Positions 34,724 through 48,009 are shown, counted from the stretch's first letter. The stretch: DNA of 64,000 nt from Tubiluchus corallicola (GCA_030141605.1 JAQGDQ010002384.1:62001-126000), one strand, 5' to 3'. Notes: generated from the sequence alone by a model not told the origin. Numbers and translations are program-made.

Positions 34724-37700
34724 CTGTTATCTAACACATAAGATTAACGTGAGAAAGAAAGCACGTATAAGAAAGATTTAGTTTATTTAAGCTTGCTGTT
34801 TAAAAAATTAATAAAATCTTCATTAATGTTTGTTAGATTAGGTATGGCTGCACTTGATTTACCCTGCATGCTTATCAGGCTGTGCTTCACAAATAAATGT
34901 GACCAATTACAGAGCATACAGAATATTATGCCGCAGGAATATTGAGCTTCGCTTTTTATTTTATATCTATTTACTCAACTTTAAAATCTGACTACAAAAC
35001 GTCCATAGAAATGTTTTTGTTACCTCTTTTACCTCTAAAATGCTCGTCGTTTGCAGTATCGGAAAACAAAAGTTCTGAATTCCTTGTTTTCTGTTTTATT
35101 TTCCCCTTTTTGGTGATAATTTTTAGTAATTCATTCCACAGCCTTTTCTAAGAATGTTGATTTATTCTTAATCCGAATAGTATATCAAACTATCTAAAGA
35201 AACGCTAAGTACAAAATAAAGAAAATTACTTTTTTTACACAAAATGTACCATTATTTGTAGTACTCACAACTGAACGTCTGCCTCTGTAAATACAAATTG
35301 CAGAAATTAACTAAAATCATTTTTGTATATTAATCGTTTCTTTAAATTTTTAATCATTTCAAAAGTGCACGAATTTCAGCTAAGCACTGATCTTTGATAA
35401 CACATCGTACAGAAAAGTTTTGGCAAATGACAGATGGCACCCTATGAAAAAACGAAAAACCAATATGTATATAAAACTAGCAAGCAAGCGTAATGAAAGG
35501 TCTAATCATTTCATCTTTCAGTTATGCTCCAGAGATTGCTCAAAAGCCGTCCAATGAATTTGGATAAAACGCACTCTGACGAAGAGAATAGTTTCAAGTT
35601 TAACAACAAACAGCAAATAAACCACTACTGCAAATTCGTGTTCAAGAACAGATCATATTTTTACTTAGGAGACAATCAGAACAAGAAATAGCAATGGGGC
35701 CAAGAAATAACAAACAAAAACAAGAGCACGTTGAACAAGATCGCACAGGACTTAAAATCCCAATATCCTGGTCAATGTACTAAAGCTAGACTATGGACGG
35801 ATGGCTGTATCATGTCCAAACAACAAACCATGAATACATACCGACGTTTAGAGATTATAGTGCATCCGTATTGTCAAGGTATAATAGGTGATTAACAAGA
35901 CAATACTTTCCTATCATTACATATTACACGCACCCAATGTGTTATGTTAAACATGATAATCTACCGCGAGATAATCCAGAGCCTTGAGATTAGCTTAATA
36001 AAGGCATAATGCAGAGCAGACAGGTTATGCGGAGTCCATTCAGAATGGGATGGCTTACTGGTTTAAATGGAGTGTTTTCATCTTACTTGTGATCCAGTTT
36101 ATACGGTTGCAATAGGGCACAAAAAGGAACAAATTTTCCCACGAGAATATTTTTGCAAGGAAGTCTTTCGGGAAAAATTGGCGGTGACTTTCAGCCCGTC
36201 TTAAAAATTAGTGCATCACCAAATCATATATTAATAAATATAATAATTAAAAAAGGTATGCCTATGTAAAATTAACTGGGTCAAATATAGTATAATTCTC
36301 ATACTTTAAAAGAAGACAGAATGATTTTTCATATTCAAGTACGGTAAAAGTATACATTTTAACACAAATAATACTGCAACAGCGTTTCTGATAATTATAT
36401 AATACATTAAAATCTTAATTAACAACGGGCGAGCCCAACTGTTGATTACATAAAAAACTAACGTAATTTTCAACAGCAAATACATTCCACATGAATGGAG
36501 TGTTTTCATCTTACTTGTGATCCAGTTTATACGGTTGCAATAGGGCACAAAAAGGAACAAATTTTCCCACGAGAATATTTTTGCAAGGAAGTCTTTCGGG
36601 AAAAATTGGCGGTGACTTTCAGCCCGTCTTAAAAATTAGTGCATCACCAAATCATATATTAATAAATATAATAATTAAAAAAGGTATGCCTATGTAAAAT
36701 TAACTGGGTCAAATATAGTATAATTCTCATACTTTAAAAGAAGACAGAATGATTTTTCATATTCAAGTACGGTAAAAGTATACATTTTAACACAAATAAT
36801 ACTGCAACAGCGTTTCTGATAATTATATAATACATTAAAATCTTAATTAACAACGGGCGAGCCCAACTGTTGATTACATAAAAAACTAACGTAATTTTCA
36901 ACAGCAAATACATTCCACATGTTGTACGTGTTTGTAAAAGGGAAAATTGAAGTACGGTACTTCTGTATGAGATTCAGTGTGTTGTATTAAAACTCGGCAA
37001 GTTTTAAGATAAAAAAAAGTTCAAATTTCAAGTTTACCGCTGCACTCATGCATGAGCTATCGAACGTGTGTAGTTCGTCACAAACTAACACATCTGAACT
37101 GAGAAGTACAGGCGCTATTGCCCGTATAACTAGCGTATAGTGAAATGCATGTAACAGCGAAGAACTAGTGTCAAGAACGTGAAATTGTGTTTGTGTGGTA
37201 ATAATTCTTTCACGTAAGTCATTTTTGAAAAAAAGTACGTTTCCTTTCAACATTTTAAAGACTGTATTGTTTTGACTTAAAGTTTAAGATTGGATACGGT
37301 TTTGCTTTAAATTCTCTTTCATTTTTATGATTAATACGAAAAATTTTTGAACACTAATAATGCTTAACATTTTATTTTACGTTAAAAATATGCCTTCAGT
37401 AGATGTGCATTGTGCAAACTTTATAACACATCATAAAGGGGAACAAACGAACAAAACAAAAATCGCTAGTCTGAACAGTGAACGCCAAATCTGCATTCAG
37501 AAGGTACAACAGGCCATACTAGCTAACCTGAGTAAAATCTTAAAAGAATTTTTCCATACATTCAACATTTTCCAATTATAATTTAATTGACGTATATATA
37601 CGCTGCAATTTTATATACAGATTTTTTATATTAATAATTCGTATAAACTTTATTTAAAAGTTTCTAACTCGCAATTGTAGTGGCTTTTATGTTAACTAAA

Positions 37701-39861
37701 CTTGCATGTTTTGTATTTGTAAAAAACGCACAAATTTCTCACCTTGGGACCAGTCATCAGGAAATTGTTCACCGTCCTAAAAATAAAAACAAATAGATTA
37801 TTTGTTTTAGGTGTAAATTATTTGCGCATTTCTTGTGTTAAAAATGTCGTGTTAGCTAGTATGCATGACATTGAATTGAATAGAATTTGTTGACTAACAG
37901 AGATAAAGTATATTAACAATACATCACATACAAAGTTGTAAAGAGTTAGTCCTAATTAATAGCGGTAACGATGAGTCTAAATGGTCAGTCACACGGATAA
38001 AAACACAGGCTTACAATGAACGAAGTGATTACAACAAAATCATGTCAGATAGTTAAAAATATAAAAAGTTTAACAAATATAACACTCAATTAAAGAACTC
38101 AATTGAAGAACAAAATTTATAAGACTTATTTGTAGACAACTGTAGCATCAAATGATATAAGAACAGATTGAAGCTGTCATGTGGATACTCGATTGCTGGA
38201 TACTGGATCGCCTAATATTGTTACGCATATCATGATGCTATAAACGTTATTAATATATTATATCAACTGCTATAGCTAAACTACGTTTACGTTTTTCTTA
38301 TGCTTTAAAAACGAATATTCTGGGGAGGAAGTATCCAAAATCTGCGCTATAATTTAAAAAAAAATAACTCGAAGGTTTTGCGTACTGCTAGGGCAAAGTA
38401 AACGGTTTTAAAGTCGTACTTGTTGTTTGTTAAAATGCTTCTCATAACAATAAATAATAATTATAACTTAGAACGCCAATTATAAATTAATTGCTATTAG
38501 TACGGCAGTATCTAAAGTTTGCATACGAGATGAATTTTATTTAACTGATAAAATGTACAACCAGGGAAGAAAACTTAGCCTATTTAAATGGTGAAAAAAA
38601 ATTCTCAATTTCGTTAACTTTTCAGTTATTTCGATTTTATAATGGTAAAAAATTTCGAATTATTTGAGCAAATTTCAAACCAATTCTTTGATCTGCTTTG
38701 TTTCACATGTTCTTTTATTTTAGGAAATTTAACTACGCCTTTTTGTAATTGTCATAGTGTAAAATGTGGTGATATTCATAATCAAAATTCTACATTTATT
38801 CTAGATTTACCCACAGTTGTATTCATTAATCAAAGAGGTTACTAATGTCACTGTGTTTGTACCGACTAATGACTTTTACCGAGTAAATATAAAGTTTGGT
38901 ACTTTGGTGAATTTATCTGCCAACCTTGCTTTTTAAGACTTACTAAATACATCACAATAAGTTTATGAAAATGTATGACGGCTTTGGCTTACCTGCACGC
39001 ACGAATGTTAATTAGGCTGTTTATATAAATATGGCCAATTAGAGATCATACAGGACTATATTCCAAGAATATCGAGGTTTGGTTTTTATTTTATATCCGT
39101 TTACTTAACCTAATTTTGTCTATGAAACGTCAATAGAAACGTTTTCGTCATCACTTTTAGCCCTTTGACAAAATCCGCGTCATTTGCAATATTGAAAGTC
39201 TAAGTCTATATGCAATATGCAATAGTTTAAGTGACAAGAACTTTTTCTTTTTTTCTCGTTTCATTATTTTATTGATGAAATAACTAATAGTTGGTTTCAC
39301 AATTTTTTCTCCTATAGTTATTTTATTCTTAATAAAATAAATCCAAATTGTATATCAAAATTAGGTTGTAAAAATACGCGGGAGTACAAATACTCAAGTT
39401 GTAAATCGAACGTACAAAATAAAGAAAATTATTTGACTGTTTATATAATTATTTATATCAGTCAAAAGTCAACATATGCAAGCTTCGCACTGTAAACGCA
39501 AATTACAAAACCTGACTGAAATTAATTTCGTGTATTAATCTTTTCTTAAATTGTAAAAATAACATTTAATTTTAAATAATCTAATTACTATTTTCCTACC
39601 AATAATAATAAATGTCGAAAAGCGAATATCTTTGGGATTAACGAATTAATCACCTAGAAAACTAAACATTATTACACAATGAAGCAAATTTTTATATATG
39701 TACGAAGACAGGTGTATAAACATTTTCGCACAAACGCCCTTTTAAAATATTTAAAAAACTAGTAGAGTGACAAAAACTTACCATGAATACGCACTCAAAC
39801 TACAAAAAGATATTAAAAGCAGCGTTTCATGCAACACTTTTAAGTGTCGATATTTGCACAT
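28756..39861 (-). CDS. wnt8: Wnt8 signalling ligand, 336 aa, 7 coding exons
   Basis: Exons 39861-39782 (signal peptide), 37776-37743 ([12 protein letters not shown]), 32888-32753 ([27 protein letters not shown]), 32205-32083 ([25 protein letters not shown]), 31307-31165 ([19 protein letters not shown]), 30603-30333 ([10 protein letters not shown]) and 28979-28756 ([14 protein letters not shown]..stop). All phases are consistent, total 1011 nt, and these motifs are diagnostic of the Wnt8 subfamily. Confidence 0.96.
29508..30290. repeat. (GTAAA)n pentanucleotide microsatellite in Wnt8 intron
   Basis: Near-pure run that degenerates toward 30290; source of the YFTLL ORFs. Confidence 0.96.
31413..31568. 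repeat. (ACTAA)n microsatellite
   Basis: Pure pentamer run. Confidence 0.95.
32518..32745. repeat. Compound pentamer microsatellite (GTAAT/GCAAT/ACAAT/ATAAC)
   Basis: Graded series of pentamers abutting the Wnt8 exon-3 donor. Confidence 0.9.
32955..33134. repeat. (GAAT)n, (GAAC)n and (GACT)n tetranucleotide repeat
   Basis: Seen directly in the sequence. Confidence 0.9.
34572..34721. repeat. (TA)n/(TG)n microsatellite
   Basis: Seen directly in the sequence. Confidence 0.9.
34935..35346. repeat. Interspersed repeat, homologous to ~39064-39550
   Basis: Shared blocks TTTTTATTTTATATC..TTTACT, ATAGAAA(T/C)GTTTT, GTACAAAATAAAGAAAATTA and CTGTAAA..CAAATT.CA occur in the same order in both places. 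Confidence 0.6.
36066..36921. repeat. Perfect 428-bp tandem duplication
   Basis: 36066-36493 matches 36494-36921 with no differences I could find. Confidence 0.92.
36734..37310. mobile_element. TTAA-flanked MITE (Kolobok-like), copy 3 (partial extra copy at 36306-36493)
   Basis: Homologous to 8257-8862 and 22682-23259; ends in GGTTTTGCTTTAA. Confidence 0.6.
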
Positions 39862-40847
39862 CGTAATTGTTCACAGATAATTAACTTCGTTTTTCTGTAA
39901 ATATTTTTTAACAAATTGATATTATCTTCTTCTGCTAATTAATCAACTTGATATCAGTTGTTTCTTTCACCTGATAAGAATCAACATGCAATTTATCACC
40001 TACTGACACCCAACTTACCTGGACCAGAAGGAGGAGTCAGATACCTTCTTAACCAATCACGTCCTGGCGGCATTGATTAGAACAAAGGCAACACCTATCA
40101 ATAACAAAAATAGCTGACGCCGATTCCATAAAGGCACGCTTTCAACTCACAGGTACGGCAGGTAAGTTGTTTTTGTATTGTTCCAGCAAAGAGCATCCTT
40201 TCCCTTTTTGACCGTATGGGTCTTTTGTCGGAATCTCGGCACCTTTGATGTTTACTTTATTATATATACCTGTACTATATGCTCACCATATTTTTGTCTC
40301 TTACGTAAAAAAATGGCCGTGTGTCATAGTCAGCTTTTGATATGATCAGAGCCACTGTTTATTAAATTTCTTATTGTAGTAATTATGTAGGCCTAAATGT
40401 AGCTTTGGTGGATTTTGATTTTAACTCTTATATTATACGTGATTACGTGCCTCAGTTACCCATTGTTAGTGTAGTTAAATATGTGGGCATTCAACTTAAC
40501 ACAAAATCTTGCAGAGTAAATTTGTTAAAGTTCAAATATTTGTTTTATAATCCAGGTATAGTCATTTGAATTCGATTATAAATCACTTACAAATTAATAA
40601 ATTTTAAAAATTAAACTTGACTGAAAGGCAGAAAATGTGAAAAAGTCGAGATTGAGATTAGACTTATGCTTAAGCGTTACACCAGGCAATCCTTAGGAAC
40701 GTAGCAGATTTTAAATAATTATTAATGGCTCATAAGTTAATTATTAGTATTTAATCAATTACACATTGAATTAGTCTCTTAAAGTTCACGTGTTTAGTAG
40801 TTGCTAAACTAATAGAATTAAACTAAGGCCTATCATGATCACAAGAA

Positions 40848-40920
40848 GCTTCATGATCTAGTGGACATAGCGTTCGATTTGTAATACAAAGGACCTCGGT
40901 TCAAATCCACGCTAAATTCT
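40848..40920 (+). mobile_element. tRNA-derived SINE head or tRNA pseudogene
   Basis: TCTAGTGG A box and GGTTCAAATCC B box at tRNA spacing; stems pair poorly. Confidence 0.4.
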
Positions 40921-41630
40921 GACTAGTTCGCATTTTTCGGCCACGTGTTTTTATTTGTCAGAAACAGATTACAACTTTAATTTCTGTTGGAAGACCGCCC
41001 AGAGTCGCCATTGGGCTTGCTTAGAGCGATTTGTAAAAAAGTCTTTGTTTCAAAAACTCAGTAATTGCCATGTTGTTTTTCCTTGGGCATATCATTTTAT
41101 CAATAAAAATTTGCAAGTATCGTTCTGTATTAAATACAATTACACTATCCACTTTCTGTAATTATATGAACTATCCCTGTAATAATACAAGTGAAACCGC
41201 GTGCTCAGAATGGCACTTGATGGCAGGTGAGGAATACAAATTCAAAGAACCTCTTATCATAAAACAAAAGCTTCCCACATCGATTAGGAAAACTTAGATA
41301 CCTCACTTGCTTACTTTTTCTTTTCTCTTTCTCAATAAGAGTATACTGTTTACAGTGATCTCTACGGTGCGCATCAAAGAATTAGCGAATCTATCACGGT
41401 ATTTTCTAAGCAATCACTTTCTAAGCAATGCACCCAAGTCTAAATATGGTTAAATTTCGCAAACCGTACAAAATTAATAATGCTGCTACAGGTAAAATGA
41501 AAAAGCCATGTTTTTAATACGTAATTCATTTTTAATTACCTTGTGCACTGTGGGTGAACAATTTAAACTAAGACATAAGTTAGTTAGCTGCACTTATGAT
41601 AAGAGCGTAAACATGCAGATGTAAATTGAA

Positions 41631-41761
41631 AACACACACACACACACACATACACACACACGCACGCGAGCACACGCACTCCCGCATACATGCACACACG
41701 GACGGACGGACGCGCACGCGCACGCGCACGCACACGCACACACACACACGCACGCACACGC

Positions 41762-41837
<76 letters not shown>
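41631..41837. repeat. (CA)n, (CACG)n and (TA)n microsatellite
   Basis: Seen directly in the sequence. Confidence 0.93.
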
Positions 41838-41838
<1 letters not shown>

Positions 41839-43317
41839 AACCTTTATTGTAGAAAATATACACTAGTACAGAGTGAAACAAATTACATCATATATAAAAT
41901 TAGTGTATAACCAGACAGTGACAGACTGATGAGTGCAATTGTGTCAGTCAGTTTAAGTTAAAAATCATAAGAATAAAAGCATTAAAATACTACATTACAT
42001 ATCTACAAATTTGTCTATATGTAATATAATATTTTAATGTTTTTATTCTTATGATTTTTAACTTAGTGAAGCGTTTTAAATAAACAAATAAATAAATAAA
42101 TGACTTTTATGTTCCTGCTTTCTCATTCATGACTTTATCAAAACGTAGAAGTTCTTGCTGATTACAATACGCAGGTTTTCCTGTAATTGCTAAATTTTAC
42201 CTGCATTGACAAACTTCAGCTAATTCAAGATGCACCTACAAGAGAAAAATACAAGCTAATCTGTCGCTTTGTAAATCAAGCAAAATAATAAATAAAATTT
42301 AATTGAATAATGTTGTGTCTTTCATCTCTTCTTTACAGCAGAATAACTATTAAAGTCACACTGCAATATTATTTTATGAGTAAAGATTTAGGTGTTGTTC
42401 ACAGATTGCTCAAGTCTTACCTCTCCTTTATAAAATTACTAAAAAAACTGTATAGCTAAATGCTTGTCTTATCAGTATATTAAGAATTATATTATTTAGT
42501 ATTATTGTCAAAGTTAGTAGATTTGTTCTTAATCAATAAGCCTAGAAATAATGAAGTTGAACTCAAATCAAAATGTATTTAACTCCTGTTGTTGATTAAT
42601 AGCATTATTAACCCAATGTGTTTTTATCATTTCATAACAATTTTGACCTGTATTTCACATAAAATCTAAATGCAATTTTTAGTTTAATCAAGACTGACCT
42701 TATTTTGTTGCCCGCTAATTAAACTACATGTATATTCTTTTCTCTGGATTATATGGAAAATGTCATAATTTTAAAAATTACTAATGTTTCCTAAATTAAA
42801 CTGATAACATTAATGCCCACCAGTGTCTAAAAAATCTTTTTATCTATATTCGGTAAAGGATTGCAGTCTAGGTGACTTTATAGTCTTTTCGCTATCCTTT
42901 CTCTAGTTCTAGATCTATCTATACATTTTAACCATTTTTCAAAACTTATTAGAGATTCTTTTATTAATCATGTTTTACTGTAACACTATAAAGAGATAAA
43001 AAAGTTGAATTTGAATTGTGATATAGGACAGGTCTAATAGGAGCAGATGTCGTACAATGATATAATTTCAGCAAACATTCATAAGAAAATTAGCCGAATA
43101 AATAATAGTTTGAAACCATGCTACACCAGTCAGTAATATATAAAGGATATGAAGAATATGATCCATATGCCAATATTATAATCTGCATTTATGGCACCAC
43201 TGAAGTGTCATGTTATGCAGTCGGGTCGTTGTTCTTTTGAATGAATGCCAGTTTATGGACATTTAAGCAATCGAGCTGCTGACAAACTAAAGGACAAATG
43301 TCAGCAGCTAGAACTAT

Positions 43318-43990
43318 GATAAGATAAGATAAGATAAGATGATATTTATTTTCATCGGTATGATATAAACAGTACATATTTGTAAAACATGAGCTTAAAG
43401 CTCGTAAACCGATATCAAACATAATGTATATGAGCGATAACATGGTAATAATATGTACTTCTTAAAATCTTTTGGATGCCACCAGAGGTATTGGTACAAG
43501 AAAAATTTATAACTACATAAAAATTTTAGGCAGTAACATTTTCTAAAATTTACACAAAAAGCTATCCAGGTCAATAAAAAATTTTCCTGCCAACATTTCA
43601 GCATTTAATTACGACTTAACAAAATTGGGAAGTTCGCTGAATTTACAAATGGCACATTTACATGATACACCAGTCCATGACTTAATTAGACGTTTAAATT
43701 CCCCAAGATTTTCGGCCATTCGGAGACAGTTTGGTAATTCATTCCACAATGTGGCTCCATAATAGGAGAAACTTTTCTTGCCATATGTAACACCATCATA
43801 TGTAGGGTGTTCTGCAGTGTTCATTTTTCTGAGGAAGTAGCGGTTTTGCTTTCGTTCCTCTCTATCAGTCCATAAAGATAGGACGGGCAGTTTTTGGACA
43901 AAATCTTGAATACTTCGATAGCAATGAGAAGTTGAAGAGACACAAAATTGTCTTTAAACAATAGATTTTCGTAGGTACTTTCAAAATCAG
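43318..43990 (-). mobile_element. 5'-truncated LINE (CR1/L2 group) 3' fragment
   Basis: ORF2 C-terminal signature YGKKSFSYYGATLWNELP..FKRLIKSW (43609-43824), followed by AATAAA and a (TCTTA)n tail at ~43318-43350. Confidence 0.75.
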
Positions 43991-45010
43991 GTATGCTTTA
44001 GCTCCTTTCGACTGGCCTTCTTCCTTTAGCTTAGTTGATTAGCCCCGTCTTCATCTTTTTAGAAAACACATTTATCACAGTTTCACCACCAACATCAAAT
44101 GCTATACTCGAAAGCAGATCTAACTGGTAATAGCTATAGTTTTAGTTCCGCTTGATTGTGCCAAACCATATGATCAGAATCAGCGTGCTTCCTCAAACGA
44201 TACTTTCCTTCCAGCGAATTTCTCAACTCCCGTGCGCCATCTGCCGGCAGAAGTCGAAAAAATTTCGCGCATGCTGCAGGTATATTGAAGCTGCCTTGCT
44301 TTGCGAATTGCTGAAAATGAAGCTGTTTCCGTGGCAACGGCAAGGTGCGTGTTGGTGTGATCGCGTAGGGAATTACATTATTCCCGTTTTGGTTTGGTTA
44401 TTGTTGTATGATATATGACAAAAAATGCAATAATGCTGATGAGCTTTTGTCACTTTAGTGAATTAACGGCCAAAACATGAAATGCAACAATTTGCTTATA
44501 AAGGTAGGCATTGTTTTGTGTCTAAAAATTCTTTTTATTCTTAAAGTTTTATTCTTATTCTTTGTACATAGTCATGTCCTTGTAATTATTGTTATCATAA
44601 ATTCGGTATTAATTGTAATTACTACCAGGGTTTGTCTCGGTGTACTCGCGTTACAAAAGTACGTATCATTTAGCTCAAGAAATAAAATTTGATTGCCTTA
44701 TATAACCACTAGTACGCTTTACTATGTGTTTAAAGCATTTGGATTAAACATGAAAAGGTTAAAAGTTTGTTAGTTTCGCATTAATAAATGCGCAAATTCA
44801 CATTAACTACGAAGTAGGCTTATGAAAACCAAAAAAATACACTTGGATATGAATATGGGCTCTTTTTACAAGTCCAAGCATTTTGGCTCGACACAAAGTC
44901 TTAAATCCATGATACGGTATCACATATATTCGCTACTTTATGAACTATAGGCCTACAGTATCATTCACTTTCCGATTGGTTTCAGAGCTACATTTGTTTT
45001 AATTAATCAT

Positions 45011-45393
45011 TAGGGGTGAGCATCGAACGTTCGAGTTCGAACTCGATTCGAATCCAAAACTGTAGATTCAAATAATTCAGCACTTCAATCACATATGTTC
45101 CTGATCACTAAAACGATTGAAACAACATGCAATTAGCGTAATTTAGCAGTGATTTCTGTGCACAATTTTAAACAAATTACTAGTCGTTTTATTGCAGAAC
45201 AAAATCTAGTGATACACATGATCTTTGTAAGACTAATTTTTACTGGTGGTTCGAAAACTTGTTCGAAAATCATTCAATCTCAATTCGACTTCAGTTCGAA
45301 TTTGAAACACTGAAGTTCGGTTAGATTCGAATTCGAAAGTCAGAAATTCGGTTCGATTCGAATTCGCTTTCTGGTAGAGAATGCTCACCCCTA
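45011..45393. mobile_element. hAT-type MITE, 383 bp
   Basis: Perfect 13-bp TIR TAGGGGTGAGCAT/ATGCTCACCCCTA, 8-bp TSD TTAATCAT/TTAATCAC, and many subterminal TTCGA(A) motifs. Confidence 0.88.
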
Positions 45394-46239
45394 TTAATCA
45401 CAAGCTGCTGCCTGCGCGTAGTGATTTAAGATGTTACACTCGTGACCAAAAGGTCGCCAGTTCAAATCCAAATTCAGTCAGGACTTTTATATTTCTTTCC
45501 TTCAGTTAAGTTTGTTCCAAAATTTTAACAACCTTACCTTTGCTGCATAAGTTTTGATAATCTTTAAACTGTGATCGTAGACAGTAAAAAATTGTTTATT
45601 TACTAAATAAACATCAACACAAAACTAACAGCTGAACAGCTTACGTACTTAGTGAACTTTTTAAGAAAATCAACATTTTCATTATCAGTCATTTGCAGGT
45701 TACCAATTAATGCGATTATCTGAGGATATAAAAATGTTATAAAATTTGTTACATGATGGATTATTTATCATACAGAAGATGTTTTTGAAGTTCCAAAAAA
45801 AATTCAAAACTGTATATGTTAAACATATTAGAAACATCAGAATTGATATAAAGTAAGAATGATGAATTTCATTTATCTTTTTCATTTATATATACACTGG
45901 TACAGAGTAAAGCATTTTACATCATACATAAAATCAGTGTACAACCAGTCAGTGACAGACTGATGTACACTATGTACAGTTGTGTCAGTCAGTCTAAGTT
46001 AAAAATCATAAGAATAAAAACATTAAAATACAACATTACATAACTACAAATTTATCTACATGACGACATGATAGTGACTTATGAAATATGGTAAATTTTA
46101 ATATTTTTTGATACTTTTTGCTACTTTTTGCCATGCAAGTTTCCGTATGAGTCGCATATTTTTATAGTATAGACACTTATATTATGATGAATTTGTGAGT
46201 CTAGAGCGTTATGCGTTTTTGATATTCTCAATTATTGAT

Positions 46240-46800
46240 GAATTCTACTTTATCGCTTTTATGTAAGGGTCTTTTGTGAGTTAGCAGTTTGTTTTTAGTT
46301 CTGTTTTAAACGTTGTTAATCCGTCTTTTGATTTTCTACTTAAGAGTGCTGAATTCCATAAGTTGATTTTTGTTTTGCTTATCGAATTGTGTCCATATTT
46401 TTTGTAAGTAACTGTTTTAGATTATAGGTGCGTTCGTTTTTATGTTTATCGGGGTAAATAATAAACCATTTTCTTTGAAAACTGGAATTATATCATTTAT
46501 ATATTTAAATAGAAATATTAAGGAATGGTAATAAATGTTTGATTCTATATTGGGTATTCTTAATTTTTTTCTATTAGTGGCTGAGTACATATGGTGTTAA
46601 TTTATTTTCTTAGAAAAGTGGCCTAGTACATGTTTGAGCGCATAATTTTGAGTTGTATCTAGTCTACCTGTTTGGGTTTAGAAATGTTTTCAAGTAGATG
46701 GCAGCCATAAGTTAAATGAGGCATTATTAATCTTTTGTATATTAGTAGTTTGATTTCAATAGTAACTTTGGTATCAATAATAAGCTGTTTAAATATTAAA
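46240..46800 (-). mobile_element. Degenerate LINE ORF2 3' fragment
   Basis: KLLIYKRLIMPHLTYG motif typical of the post-RT region; the frame is broken. Confidence 0.45.
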
Positions 46801-47935
46801 CGTTCCCCAGCTTCCTCAATTCCAGAGCTCTCTGTTCTATTTTTGTTTAAATTTAATTTTGCTTTCAATGCGATCTTGACTTAAAGAAGCTGGTGTCCAA
46901 AAATAACAATGAAAATTATTACACATAGTTTTTGTCAATTTTTTTTGTCATAAAGATGTAATATATTTTGTTTCAATGTATGCAATATTAATTGATTGCA
47001 CTACAGCCCAACAATGATAATGGTTATTACTGTGTGAGTAAAACTAGTAATTTTCTCTTAATAATTTGCTGTCCAAAAATTTAGATATATAAAAATTTAG
47101 CTGAAAGGAAGATGACAGTTATAAGGCAACGACATTTTATATAACTGCTCGTGGACCAAGTGTGTTACATACCAGGTAATCAAATTTAAAAACAAATAAA
47201 ACTAATAAACCATTAAATGGTCATAACCGTGGTAAAATCAGTGCAAAGGTACAACCCCGGATGATAAATGGACAATTTGTCAAAAACGAACATTTAATGA
47301 CGTTTTCAGTAAGTAGGTAAACGCAAAGAAAAGCAGCAGCTAATATATTTTATTCTATACAATTTTATGCTGTGTATAGTTTTTAGGCCACGCCTATGTA
47401 GGGTATAATTATATTGCAGTTCGGTTAATTACAAGTTTAGCAAGTTACATGCTGTACTTCTACTTGCAGTATTATTTATGATAATTGTCCATAATAACAA
47501 ATGTATTGCAAATGACAGCATAATGCTGCTTACCATCAACAAAGCTACAACGCTGGAATTATGAATCTGTTGTGTAACAGCTATGCAATACACACTGCCA
47601 AAGACAAACACTTGCTGGTTACAGGTTATAATAATAAATAAAGAATAACCCATTCTTCAAGTTTCACTCGTTTTTCACTGTCATTTTCTGTTAATCTACC
47701 CAGCAATAACCCTAAATTACATGAGTCAGAGACACGTAGGGGTTTTTGCTTTTCTAGGCCAACGAATGCAGATCATTTTACCTAGATTATGACTGAGTAA
47801 CACATTGTAGCCAATCTAGGTACTATTTAGTAATATTGTGCAATTTTTAAATGTTAGTTTGGACTTTAGAATACCCGTATGAATTAAGACAGCTAAATTA
47901 AGTAGCGCTGTAAATAAACTTGCAAGAAAAATATA

Positions 47936-48009
47936 TGGCCAGTACGGGGGTCGAACCCGCGACCTTAGCGTTATTAGCACCACGCTCTAACCGACTGAGC
48001 TAACCGGCC
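47936..48009 (-). tRNA. trnI-AAT: tRNA-Ile (anticodon AAT)
   Basis: GGCCGGTTAGCTCAGTCGGTTAGAGCGTGGTGCT-AAT-AACGCTAAGGTCGCGGGTTCGACCCCCGTACTGGCCA: 74 nt, full cloverleaf, A and B boxes, and a T5 Pol III terminator at 47927-47931. Confidence 0.96.

Noticed and set aside
40848-40920. Functional tRNA gene
   Set aside because: A and B boxes are present but the acceptor and anticodon stems do not pair; kept only as a SINE head or pseudogene.
44325-44338. RFX X-box-like GTTTCCGTGGCAAC in a GC-richer patch
   Set aside because: A single motif with no identifiable gene start nearby, so no function can be supported.
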